Origin: a virus
Lineage: Duplodnaviria; Caudoviricetes
Strand: one strand, 5' to 3'
DNA length: 58,032 bases
Virus record (IMG/VR): IMGVR_UViG_3300045253_000042
Location: 1-58,032 of that record
The notes under the pieces are model-generated. The model did no database searches. It saw only the letters and a list, made by a program, of their open reading frames with translations, and was not told the DNA's origin. This document shows, piece after piece, positions 44,453-52,410 of this stretch. Position 1 is the first letter of the stretch. Every line of letters begins with the position of its first letter. The position numbers and the translations under genes are program-made.

Positions 44453-44477
44453 GTCTCGCTCCAAGGGGGTGAGCGGG

Positions 44478-44867
44478 TCAGGTGAACTTCAGTTCGTGGC
44501 CTTTCGGGCACTTCTTGGTCCGGCGGTCCTGCACGTACGCCGAGCAGACCTGGCACTTGGACCGGTCACACATCGGGCAGTCCAGCAGCCACACCGCGAC
44601 CGCGCCGTCCACGGCGGGTGGGATGTAGCGCAGCGGCACACCGTTCTCGCACACGTGGCAGCGCCCGACCGCGGCCGGCTTCGGCGCCACGACGGGCAGC
44701 GGCGGGGGCAGTTCGATCGGGACGGCGGGTGGGCCGGTGATCGCGAGGCGCTCGTCGAGGAGCTCGTCGATGGTGTCCCACACCTTGTCGAGGCCGATGA
44801 TCGTGCCGGAGTGCAGGGCGAGGCGGCAGTCGGCGAGGCGATGGTCGATCAGCTTCAGGCGCGACAC
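44478..44867 (-). CDS. Zn-finger-like hypothetical protein
   Basis: CxxC pairs (CHVC, CPMC, CQVC, CPKGH); GGAGG RBS. Confidence 0.65.
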   Translation of the reverse strand: MSRLKLIDHRLADCRLALHSGTIIGLDKVWDTIDELLDERLAITGPPAVPIELPPPLPVVAPKPAAVGRCHVCENGVPLRYIPPAVDGAVAVWLLDCPMCDRSKCQVCSAYVQDRRTKKCPKGHELKFT

Positions 44868-44888
44868 GGCACCTCCCCCCGGCAAGGG

Positions 44889-45071
44889 TCAGAGCTGGAC
44901 GGTGGCCCCTGCGTCGTACAGGCGGGCGTACTCCAGCCACGAGTCGCCGATGCCGTGCAAGCGTTCGGCGCGCACCGGATTCGTCTCGGCGTGGGCCTCG
45001 GCCGCGAGCAGCAGCCGGGCCGCGTTGGCCATCGCCTCGTCCGAGGTGGGGGCGCCCGGCGGGTCGGCCAC
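44889..45071 (-). CDS. Hypothetical protein (first gene after putative late promoter)
   Basis: GGAGGTGGCC-GTG start. Confidence 0.55.
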   Translation of the reverse strand: MADPPGAPTSDEAMANAARLLLAAEAHAETNPVRAERLHGIGDSWLEYARLYDAGATVQL

Positions 45072-45137
45072 GGCCACCTCCCCGGGCATGCGGAAGGCCC
45101 CGGTCCCGATGTCCGGGCACGCGAGGCCTGCGGGGTG

Positions 45138-45167
45138 AATGTCACACGACTGGGCGTGCGGCGTCAA
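45138..45167 (-). promoter_or_regulatory. Putative late promoter
   Basis: TTGACG-18bp-GACATT (extended TG), overlapping stop of HTH gene and followed by a GC hairpin. Confidence 0.5.
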
Positions 45168-45394
45168 CTACCGCGCGTCCGGGACGTGCGCGTGTCGGCC
45201 GCGGCGGCGGCGGCGGCGCGGTTCAGTTCGGCGAGGCTGTACAGGGTGCAGCGGTGCTGATCGCGGCCGTGGCGGGCAATCTTGCCGCGGTACGCCCAGT
45301 TGCGGATCTGGCCGGGGGTGATGGTGCGTCCGCCCACCGATAGGAAGGCTGCGCCGGTGTAGGCGTCGACGAGGTCGCGGGGGCGGTCAGCCAT
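45164..45394 (-). CDS. MerR/Xis-type HTH DNA-binding protein
   Basis: ITPGQIRNWAYRGKI...LYSLAEL. Confidence 0.75.
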   Translation of the reverse strand: MADRPRDLVDAYTGAAFLSVGGRTITPGQIRNWAYRGKIARHGRDQHRCTLYSLAELNRAAAAAAADTRTSRTRGS

Positions 45395-45974
45395 CGCGTA
45401 GCTGGCGCTCCTCCTCGGCCGCGTAGGCATCGAGCAGGCGCGCCTCGTTCTCGGCGTCGATGTTCCCGATGGTCATCTCGGGTCCGAAGCCGACGCCCAT
45501 GCGGTGCTGGTAGGGCGGGACGCTGGTGTCGTTGTCCGGTTCGTGGGGGCCGTCGTCGGGCTCGCGCAGGATCCCCCAGGCCAGATCCGGCGCGTCGGGG
45601 AGCGCGCTCAGCAGACGGTTGAGTTGGTCGGCGATCATCTCCATCCGGCCGCCGAGGCTCGCCTCGTACTGCCGCCGAGCGGTGGTGACCAGCCCGGCCT
45701 GCGACGCGACCGCTAGCCAGCGCAGGCCAGCGTCGGTGGCGGTGGTCGTCAGCGAACGCCAGTATTCGGACGCCGTCTGCGTAGACGCGGCGTGCCCGTC
45801 CCAGCCCTCCAGCAGCCGCAGCTCGATGAGTGTCTCCGGGTCGCGCACCACGGGCTCGTCCCACGGCGGCGCCCACCGCATCGAGTCGTCGAGGGCGGCG
45901 TACTCCCCGTCGTACCCGTCGACGTCGAGGACACCGTCGATGGTGGCCAGCAGCTGGTCGACGTCGCGGCTCAC
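45387..45974 (-). CDS. Hypothetical protein
   Basis: VSRDVDQLLATID...DSMRWAP; GTGA overlap. Confidence 0.6.
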   Translation of the reverse strand: MSRDVDQLLATIDGVLDVDGYDGEYAALDDSMRWAPPWDEPVVRDPETLIELRLLEGWDGHAASTQTASEYWRSLTTTATDAGLRWLAVASQAGLVTTARRQYEASLGGRMEMIADQLNRLLSALPDAPDLAWGILREPDDGPHEPDNDTSVPPYQHRMGVGFGPEMTIGNIDAENEARLLDAYAAEEERQLRDG

Positions 45975-46108
45975 GACGCGACCGCCATGCCGCAGCGGGT
46001 GCACGTCGACACGGTCCAGCCCGGCTCACCAGTCTCGGGGTCAGGCAGGGTGACCGCGTCCCAGCGGGGATGGGAGCAGCGTAGGACGTGACGCCACAGC
46101 CACCTCAC
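45971..46108 (-). CDS. Small hypothetical protein (45 aa, CxxC)
   Basis: GTGA overlaps at both ends. Confidence 0.45.
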   Translation of the reverse strand: MRWLWRHVLRCSHPRWDAVTLPDPETGEPGWTVSTCTRCGMAVAS

Positions 46109-46272
46109 GGCTGCATCCCGAGGATGCGCGCGATCCGGTCGGAGACGTCACACGCCAAACCTTCGCTCTTACTGGCCTCGCATCCGACGTACCCCCCGAC
46201 CGTCGGGATCGGCCTCCAGCGGCTCGCCTCCAGGACCGCCCGGATCGCGTCGAGCTGCTCTCGCTCAGTCAC
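46105..46272 (-). CDS. Small hypothetical protein
   Basis: VTEREQLDAIRAVL...; GGAG RBS and overlap. Confidence 0.55.
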   Translation of the reverse strand: MTEREQLDAIRAVLEASRWRPIPTVGGYVGCEASKSEGLACDVSDRIARILGMQP

Positions 46273-46649
46273 AGCGTCCACTCCTGTCGGTAGTCGGGGT
46301 GGTCGGAGTAGACGGCGGCCAGGGCGCGGAGTGTTGCGCAGGGCCAGCCGTGCTCGAACGTGCACGTCTCGCAGTCAGGCACGAGCGCGTGACCGTCGGA
46401 CGGATGCAGCTCGATGATGCGCCGCTTGGCCTCGCACTCGCGCAGCACCCGAGCCGGGTGGTTCCAGGCGATAAACCCGATCGTGGTGTGACGTAGCGGA
46501 TGCTCGCCCTGGGCGATGTGACCCTGAGTCGCGTCGGCGAGTTCGGAGTAGGCGCTGATCAGCCACGGCGACGGGCTAACATCCTCCGCGCCATGAGCGG
46601 CGTCCTCGTCTTCGGCGATGCGAGCCAGCAGGAACTCGGTGATGGTCAT
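46269..46649 (-). CDS. DUF6221-like protein
   Basis: EFLLARIAEDE...HPARVLRECEAKRRII...LRALAAVYSDHPDYRQEW. Confidence 0.8.
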   Translation of the reverse strand: MTITEFLLARIAEDEDAAHGAEDVSPSPWLISAYSELADATQGHIAQGEHPLRHTTIGFIAWNHPARVLRECEAKRRIIELHPSDGHALVPDCETCTFEHGWPCATLRALAAVYSDHPDYRQEWTL

Positions 46650-46870
46650 CGGCGCCACGCCCGCTCATGCGCGGCTGCCATCTCGGCGAACGCGCGGCCC
46701 ATCTGGCGAAGGGCAGGCGTCATCTGATCGCGGATCGCGATGCTCATCCGTAGCAGATCGGCGGAGAACCGGCCCGCGTACTGGCTGACGGTGGGCCGGT
46801 GGTTCGTGGCCACCAACGCCGACCCTCCAGGTAGTGCGGCTCCGGCTCGCAGGAACTCGGTGATCGTCAT
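46646..46870 (-). CDS. Hypothetical protein sharing MTITEFL start with next gene
   Basis: ATGA overlaps at both ends. Confidence 0.55.
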   Translation of the reverse strand: MTITEFLRAGAALPGGSALVATNHRPTVSQYAGRFSADLLRMSIAIRDQMTPALRQMGRAFAEMAAAHERAWRR

Positions 46871-47811
46871 GCGTGGGCCTCCAATGCTGCCGCTGCCTGC
46901 TCGTTCGCGTAGCGTTGCCGCACAGCCAGCCAGTACTCCTCCGGCTCATACCGGCGCCCACACGCCCCGCACACCCACACCTCGCGCAGGCCGCCCTGGT
47001 CACAGCCCCGGCCGTCCGGGCCCACATGCCACTCGAACCATTGGCGTTGCAGCAGCCGATGCCACCACCCGAACGCCGCAGGCTGGTGGTCACACGCCAA
47101 CGGTGGGGCGAACGCGCGGCGCAGCGCCGTCTGGTCACAGTCCAGGCAGGGCGCGTCGGAGCGGTCGACGCGTTCCCCGTGCGCCGTCGCGTCCTCGAGG
47201 TGGCGGTGGATGCGGCGGACGTCGTCGACGAAGTCGACCCAGGCCGGGTGGTTCTGCGCGGCCCACGACAGGTGCGCCAGCAGGTACGTGGTGGTGCCCG
47301 TCATGGTGGCGGCGACCTCAGCGGCGGGTTGGGCCTGCAGGCCGCGCCAGTCGTCCTCCCACTGCCCGAACGTCGACGCCGGGGACTCCGGGTCCGACAT
47401 CAGGTTCATGCCGTGCTGCGGGGAACGCAGCGGCGCCGAGTTGTACGACTCGTCGTAGCCGAGGTCCAGCGGCACGGGCCAGTCCTTGCGCGGATATGCC
47501 GTCCCAGCCGAGCCGGGCGTCAGGATCGCCAGCGCCAGGTCCGGACGGCTGCTGGCGAGCTCGAGCGGCAGGTACGCGAACATGTCGAGGCTGGCGAGGA
47601 TGTGGGCGCGGACCCGGGCGACACAGCCGTAGCAGGTCTGCTCCAGTTCGGGCGGGAGGGACCGGCAGCAGACGACGCACTGCCAGTGCTGCGACATCTG
47701 GGCGTGGTCCGCGGCGGCGGTGTTGGCCTCGTCGCGGGTGTCCCAGGTGCCGTGCCAGGAGCAGCGGGCGCACGCCCGGGTGTGCGGGTCGGTCGACAGC
47801 TGGGCGGTCAT
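46867..47811 (-). CDS. Zn-binding protein, probable late-transcription regulator
   Basis: Multiple CxxC; LLAHLSWAA...FVDDVRRIHRHLE...PCLDC...CGACGRRY. Confidence 0.6.
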   Translation of the reverse strand: MTAQLSTDPHTRACARCSWHGTWDTRDEANTAAADHAQMSQHWQCVVCCRSLPPELEQTCYGCVARVRAHILASLDMFAYLPLELASSRPDLALAILTPGSAGTAYPRKDWPVPLDLGYDESYNSAPLRSPQHGMNLMSDPESPASTFGQWEDDWRGLQAQPAAEVAATMTGTTTYLLAHLSWAAQNHPAWVDFVDDVRRIHRHLEDATAHGERVDRSDAPCLDCDQTALRRAFAPPLACDHQPAAFGWWHRLLQRQWFEWHVGPDGRGCDQGGLREVWVCGACGRRYEPEEYWLAVRQRYANEQAAAALEAHA

Positions 47812-48053
47812 CGGGTGCGGCCCTCGTGCTCCGCGCGGAGCCGGGCAACCATGCCGTTGTACCGATCCATCTCGCGGCGCTGGGCGTCGCAGCAGGGCGG
47901 CTCGTCACTGTTCGGGTGCATCTCCCGGCCGCAGTACGGGCACCACGAGTAGCCGCTGTCCGGGTGTGCTGCGGCGACCTCGGGGCGCGGGCCGTCGATG
48001 AAAGCCATGCCGCTCGGCGGCAGATCGGGGCGGCGGTGACGGCGGAATCTCAT
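47808..48053 (-). CDS. Hypothetical protein (CPYC)
   Basis: Coupled ORF. Confidence 0.55.
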   Translation of the reverse strand: MRFRRHRRPDLPPSGMAFIDGPRPEVAAAHPDSGYSWCPYCGREMHPNSDEPPCCDAQRREMDRYNGMVARLRAEHEGRTR

Positions 48054-48763
48054 GGCTTGGTCTCCTGGTCGAGTCGGGTCGCGGTGGCCTTCCGTGTCGG
48101 GCGTTTGACCGGCGCCTTCTTCGCTGCGGGGTTCACGTTTCTGGCCCGCGATCTAGGCGCCGGTGCTGGCGGGTCGACGAGGTCGGCGAGGTCGGCGTCC
48201 ACGATGTCGTCGTCCCGGGACCCGGGCGGCAGCTCGACCAGGCGCAGGCCCTGCACGTAGCGGGCCACCGCGGCCCGGGCCCGGTCGTCGCGGGCCACCC
48301 CCAGGTCCTCGAGCAGCACCTGCAGCCCGGGGATGAGCCGGGCTGCGACGTCCTGCGCCAGGTCCAGCTGCCGTTCGGCCAGGCCGTCCGCATGGTCGAG
48401 GCCCCACAGCCGGCGGATCGACCGGCTGACTCGTTCGGCTGCGATGATGGCCTTCACGTCCCCGGCGCGGATCTTCGAGTCCAGTGCGAGCATCAGCCGC
48501 TCCAGCCGCAGCCCCTCAATCTCCCGCAGCAACGCGGCCTCCGGTGCCGCCACCCGAGCCAGCGCCCGCTTGAGGGCCACGGATGCGCCGGACTTGTCGG
48601 CGAACGGCGGGGTCACCGTCTTGGCGATCACGTCGAGGGTGTAGCCGGCGCGGCGCAGCTCCAGGACTTGGCGTTCCCGCTCCAACGTGACGTCGGTGGC
48701 GACGTACGGGGCCGCGCCGGGAGACGCGGTGGTGGAGACCCGTCGGGCCTTCGGGCCGGCCAT
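48050..48763 (-). CDS. Terminase small subunit-like HTH protein
   Basis: RERQVLELRRAGYTLDVIA...RLERL...GDVKAI...RRLWGLD; preceded by ParB/MTase relic as is typical for terS. Confidence 0.7.
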   Translation of the reverse strand: MAGPKARRVSTTASPGAAPYVATDVTLERERQVLELRRAGYTLDVIAKTVTPPFADKSGASVALKRALARVAAPEAALLREIEGLRLERLMLALDSKIRAGDVKAIIAAERVSRSIRRLWGLDHADGLAERQLDLAQDVAARLIPGLQVLLEDLGVARDDRARAAVARYVQGLRLVELPPGSRDDDIVDADLADLVDPPAPAPRSRARNVNPAAKKAPVKRPTRKATATRLDQETKP

Positions 48764-49071
48764 CAGGTGCCTCGGGTGAAGTCGTGGGCGCGGCCCTTGC
48801 GGGTGGGTTTGATGCCGGTGTGTTCCTGCCAGCGGCGGCAGATCACGTCGCAGTAGGCCGGGTCGAGTTCGATGAGGCGTGCCAGCCGGCCGGTCTGGTG
48901 GGCGGCGATCAGGGTGGTCCCGGAGCCGGCGAACGGGTCCGCGGGCAGGTCATGCGTCTTGGCGTTCCCCGGGTACGGCAGCACGTTGCTGATGGGTTCG
49001 GTCTGGTCGGCGAGCTCGGGCCGGATCTGGTGTTGAACGATCACGGGTTGAACGGTCCGGCGGCTGCTCAC
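48763..49071 (-). pseudogene. Internally deleted ParB-like/N6-N4 DNA methyltransferase (in-frame relic)
   Basis: ParB-like start ([12 protein letters not shown]) joined directly to [13 protein letters not shown]...[11 protein letters not shown]; no DPPY motif. Confidence 0.8.
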
Positions 49072-49149
49072 TGGTCACTCTCCGTGGTCATGCGGGTCGG
49101 GGATTTGGGGCAGTTGGCTGGGCATGTTGGTCCGGTCTGAGCATGACGA

Positions 49150-49545
49150 CTAGGGCGGTAGTGACTCTGCGTCACCGATCAGGGTGGTTGGGCCTGTCTG
49201 GGGGTCGGGTTGGGTGGGGGCCGTTCCGTATTCGTGGACGGTGTACGACCTCATAGGCAGTGAGGGCGTGGTGTTGAACGGGCAGTCCTCGCCGGAGTGG
49301 ACGGCTGTCGTCATCACGTAGGAGCCGGCGCCGTAGCGGGCCGAGAACGCCGCCAGATCGAACGGCCACGGCATCGCCTGCACCATGGCGACGGCCACCC
49401 GAGCGTCCCCCTCGAGCGTCGAGCCCGGGTTGACGATGGCGCCGTTCGCTTGGACCCGGGCCACGAGCAGCTGGTAGCCGGCCACCCAGCGGTTCTCGAC
49501 GACGTCCACATGCCCGATGACGTCGACATGCTCGGCGCCGCTCAT
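49150..49545 (-). CDS. Hypothetical protein
   Basis: MSGAEHVDVIG...; GGAGG RBS, overlap. Confidence 0.6.
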   Translation of the reverse strand: MSGAEHVDVIGHVDVVENRWVAGYQLLVARVQANGAIVNPGSTLEGDARVAVAMVQAMPWPFDLAAFSARYGAGSYVMTTAVHSGEDCPFNTTPSLPMRSYTVHEYGTAPTQPDPQTGPTTLIGDAESLPP

Positions 49546-50144
49546 TCCGCCTCCTTCGCGTAGAGCACCGAAGCGCGGGGGTCGTTCAAAGTGCGGCGCT
49601 CGAACGCTTCGCACAGCGCCTCGACGGCCCGTACCCGCTGCTCCAGCCGGGCCACCTCAGCCCGCGCAGCGTCCCGCTCGGCCTCGGCGTCCTCGGCGCG
49701 GTCCTTCCATCCGAACCCCGACTCCTCGGCTTCCTCCCAACGCGCTACGACAACGGCCCGCGCCTCCCGCTCGGCCTCGGCGTCCTCGGCCCTGCGTCGC
49801 TGCTCCTGTCCGTAGCGACTGTTCTTTCGGCTGTGATCTAGCGCCCGCGAATACCGCCCTTGCCAGAGGTCTACGTCTGCTCGGGCAGCAGCCAGAGCGG
49901 GCGCATAGACGCTGGCAGCGATTCTGGCGGCATCCTCGGCGTCACCGAATCCGGCAGCCCGCATCGCCTTGGTCGCCTCACCGACCAGCGCCTCGGTGTC
50001 CTGGCTGCCCGGCTCTACGGCGCTGGGCTCGGCGGCGGGGAACGGCCAGGGTCGTCCGGTGCCATCCGTGTAGACGCCGCCGCCCTTGCCGTCGTCCTGC
50101 CAGCGCTTGTCCTCTACGGCGCTGGGCTCGGGGCGGTCAGACAT
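49542..50144 (-). CDS. Coiled-coil hypothetical protein with internal duplications
   Basis: EPSAVE x2, RAEDAEAER x2. Confidence 0.65.
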   Translation of the reverse strand: MSDRPEPSAVEDKRWQDDGKGGGVYTDGTGRPWPFPAAEPSAVEPGSQDTEALVGEATKAMRAAGFGDAEDAARIAASVYAPALAAARADVDLWQGRYSRALDHSRKNSRYGQEQRRRAEDAEAEREARAVVVARWEEAEESGFGWKDRAEDAEAERDAARAEVARLEQRVRAVEALCEAFERRTLNDPRASVLYAKEAE

Positions 50145-50409
50145 CGGAACCTCCGGGGGGGCCTCCAGCGCAGTGGCGGCACTGCGGCTCGATCACGCCA
50201 GCGCGGAACAGGCCAGTAACGATGAGATCCTTGCTGCCACGATGCTCTTTGATCCATGCGCGGGCAGTGTTCTCTGGGCCGAGCACTGCGACATGGCCAG
50301 TGCCCTTACCCTCCCAGTGGCCGGTGAGGCGGTAGGAGATCACCCAGCACTCGCGACCAACCTCGACCATGTCCAGCGACTCGTGGTGACGCGCGACCGG
50401 TGACATCAA
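50137..50409 (-). CDS. Hypothetical protein
   Basis: Coupled ORF. Confidence 0.55.
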   Translation of the reverse strand: MMSPVARHHESLDMVEVGRECWVISYRLTGHWEGKGTGHVAVLGPENTARAWIKEHRGSKDLIVTGLFRAGVIEPQCRHCAGGPPGGSDV

Positions 50410-50618
50410 GAGACCTCGATGCTGAAGTCGGGAGCAAACGTGGCCTTCAAGTCGGCCAGATTCATGTCGTCAAGAGACAGCCAGCAGGCGCACAGGTCAC
50501 CGGTGGCCCAGACCTGGACACCGCCACAATCCGAGCAGGGAGTGGGCGGGCAGCTGTTGCAGTGCTCGGGCTGGGGTACACCGTCACCCACCTCGGTACT
50601 ACATCCTCGACAACGCAT
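50406..50618 (-). CDS. Small Cys-rich protein
   Basis: MRCRGC...CNSC...CSDC...CAC. Confidence 0.55.
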   Translation of the reverse strand: MRCRGCSTEVGDGVPQPEHCNSCPPTPCSDCGGVQVWATGDLCACWLSLDDMNLADLKATFAPDFSIEVS

Positions 50619-50746
50619 CAGGACACCGAACCGATGCGCTGCGCCGAATGCTTCCAACACAGCGCATCCCCGCCTTTCACTGTGATCGCGTCCTGAACGC
50701 CAAGACCGTCTGGAGGAGCTAGGTCGATACACACTGCACATTTCAT
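50618..50746 (-). CDS. Small Zn-finger-like protein (42 aa)
   Basis: MKCAVC...DALCWKH; overlaps at both ends. Confidence 0.5.
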   Translation of the reverse strand: MKCAVCIDLAPPDGLGVQDAITVKGGDALCWKHSAQRIGSVS

Positions 50747-51237
50747 GCGATCACTCCTTGATCGAGAACGCGCTGCATAACCCCGGTTCCGGGGAACAGG
50801 TCGTCCACTTCGTCGCCCTCCACGTAACCCATGAGGTCGAGCACCCAGCGGCAGAACTCTTCGGGCTTAGCGCCGGTCAGGCCCTTGCGCATGGTGATGG
50901 GCGCGACCAGGAAGTCTCGGCCCACGGGCGCGCCGTCCTTGGATGAGTCCCGGCCGGGCTTCCACAGCACGTACTCGTGGGCGTAGGCGATGCGAACGTT
51001 CCGTTTGAACGCGCAGAACGATTTGGACCACGGTGAGATACGGCACTCCGGCGCGACGGCCAGGATCTTTCGCAGCGAGACCGACGAACAGCTGTAGGCC
51101 CAGCCGTCGTACTCCACATCCAGTTTGGCTAACAGCGCGGCATGCGTAGCCAAGTCGTCCCAGATTTTGCTATTGGGATGCTCGGGATAGCGCCGGCTCA
51201 TCCCTAGGTACACTGGGTCGGCGTAGGCGAGCTTCAC
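50743..51237 (-). CDS. Small amino-DNA methyltransferase-like protein with variant motif IV
   Basis: YADPVY (canonical DPPY) at N-terminus; GAKP..FC.WV; DDLFPGTG motif I. Confidence 0.75.
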   Translation of the reverse strand: MKLAYADPVYLGMSRRYPEHPNSKIWDDLATHAALLAKLDVEYDGWAYSCSSVSLRKILAVAPECRISPWSKSFCAFKRNVRIAYAHEYVLWKPGRDSSKDGAPVGRDFLVAPITMRKGLTGAKPEEFCRWVLDLMGYVEGDEVDDLFPGTGVMQRVLDQGVIA

Positions 51238-51509
51238 GAATCCGCCTCCGCCGTCGGGCGACTGAAAAGCGCAGCAGGGCGGCCGAAGCCGGGCGCGGGG
51301 CAGTTGTCGCAGCAGCATTCGCTCGGCCATTCGCAGCGGTCGTTGTGGCCCGAACAGCAGCGCGCCTCGGGGTCCCCGGAGACGCTGGGCTCGGGGGGCT
51401 GGTCGCAGAACGTCCATCCGTCATCGTTGCTGTGATAGTCGATAATGACGCCGCGTCTCACCGGCAGCCCGTGTCCGCAGCGCTGGGGGTGTGTCTGGGA
51501 CTCAGTCAC
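51234..51509 (-). CDS. Cys-rich hypothetical protein
   Basis: Coupled ORF; CC..H...C..ECCCDNC. Confidence 0.55.
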   Translation of the reverse strand: MTESQTHPQRCGHGLPVRRGVIIDYHSNDDGWTFCDQPPEPSVSGDPEARCCSGHNDRCEWPSECCCDNCPAPGFGRPAALFSRPTAEADS

Positions 51510-51838
51510 GACGCCTCCACGGCGAGCGCGGCGATGAGCTGGGCGCCGATGTACTCGGTGTAGGCGTGGGGGATCGCTTCGCGCAGGTCGTCCCAGGTCA
51601 TCCAGTCGATGCCCATGTCTGCGTGGACAACGTCGAACCCGACAAGGGATGCCGGGTCGGCGAGCACTTCCATCGCGTCGGCCACGATCAGCTCGAACGG
51701 ATAGGACGGGTGGTCCTCGATGTCCACCCCGACCACGTCGAACCCGGCCCGCCAGTAGCCCATCGCGGCCCCGCCGGCACCGCAGAACAGATCCAAAAGT
51801 CGCGGTCGGTGTGTCTGGGGCTCAACCGGCGCTGACAT
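51506..51838 (-). pseudogene. Internally deleted C5 cytosine DNA methyltransferase (in-frame relic)
   Basis: LLDLFCGAGG motif I...FDVVHA joined directly to DMGIDWMT..LREAIPHAYTEYIG; catalytic SPPC absent. Confidence 0.82.
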
Positions 51839-52190
51839 CGGCGCTGTCCTCTCGCGAACTCACTCCGTGCCAGCCCGCGCCGTGCACCGGACACGGGTGT
51901 TCGGGCGGCGAGTAGTAAGCCCCGCCGGCGGCTGTCGTACAGCTGCAGATCACGCCGACGCCAGGCTGAAGGCTGCGCAGTTCAGCGACCTGCGCCTCGA
52001 GCTCGACGATGCGGGCCCTGGCCTGATGCAGCTCGCGCGGGATGGGATCCGGTGGGCGCGGTGGATGGAACGCGGGCTGCTGGCCGCACTGGCACGGGGC
52101 CGCGCCCGACGCGAACACGTGGCTGTTGAGGGTCGGGTCGCACCGCAGCGCGGACGCCGGCAAGGCGTTCGTGAACATCGGATCAGGCAT
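51822..52190 (-). CDS. Hypothetical protein
   Basis: MPDPMFTN...ARARIVELEAQVAEL...CPVHG. Confidence 0.55.
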   Translation of the reverse strand: MPDPMFTNALPASALRCDPTLNSHVFASGAAPCQCGQQPAFHPPRPPDPIPRELHQARARIVELEAQVAELRSLQPGVGVICSCTTAAGGAYYSPPEHPCPVHGAGWHGVSSREDSADVSAG

Positions 52191-52410
52191 CGTGGGAACT
52201 CCGGTTCTGTAGATCGTCCAGGAGGCGGCGCGCCAGCTCCCACGTCTCGTCCGAGCTGCGCGGCACCCCGGCGACCCGTTCGGCAGCACGGCGCTCCGCG
52301 TCGGTGGATGGCCACGGGCCCGGGGTTGCGTGGAACAGCCAGGCGAGCTTGTCGGCCTTCACCAGGCGGGCCGCGTTCGCCCGGGCTGAGTGCGAGAAGT
52401 CGGCGCTCAC
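52183..52410 (-). CDS. Hypothetical protein
   Basis: VSADFSHSARANAAR...; GTGA overlap with dnaB. Confidence 0.6.
   Translation of the reverse strand: MSADFSHSARANAARLVKADKLAWLFHATPGPWPSTDAERRAAERVAGVPRSSDETWELARRLLDDLQNRSSHDA

Noticed and set aside
49072-49149. tRNA or other structured RNA in intergenic gaps (also 8000-8058, 9899-9971, 43590-43661)
   Set aside because: No cloverleaf or T-arm consensus seen; the gaps are short and explained by promoters, RBS or terminators
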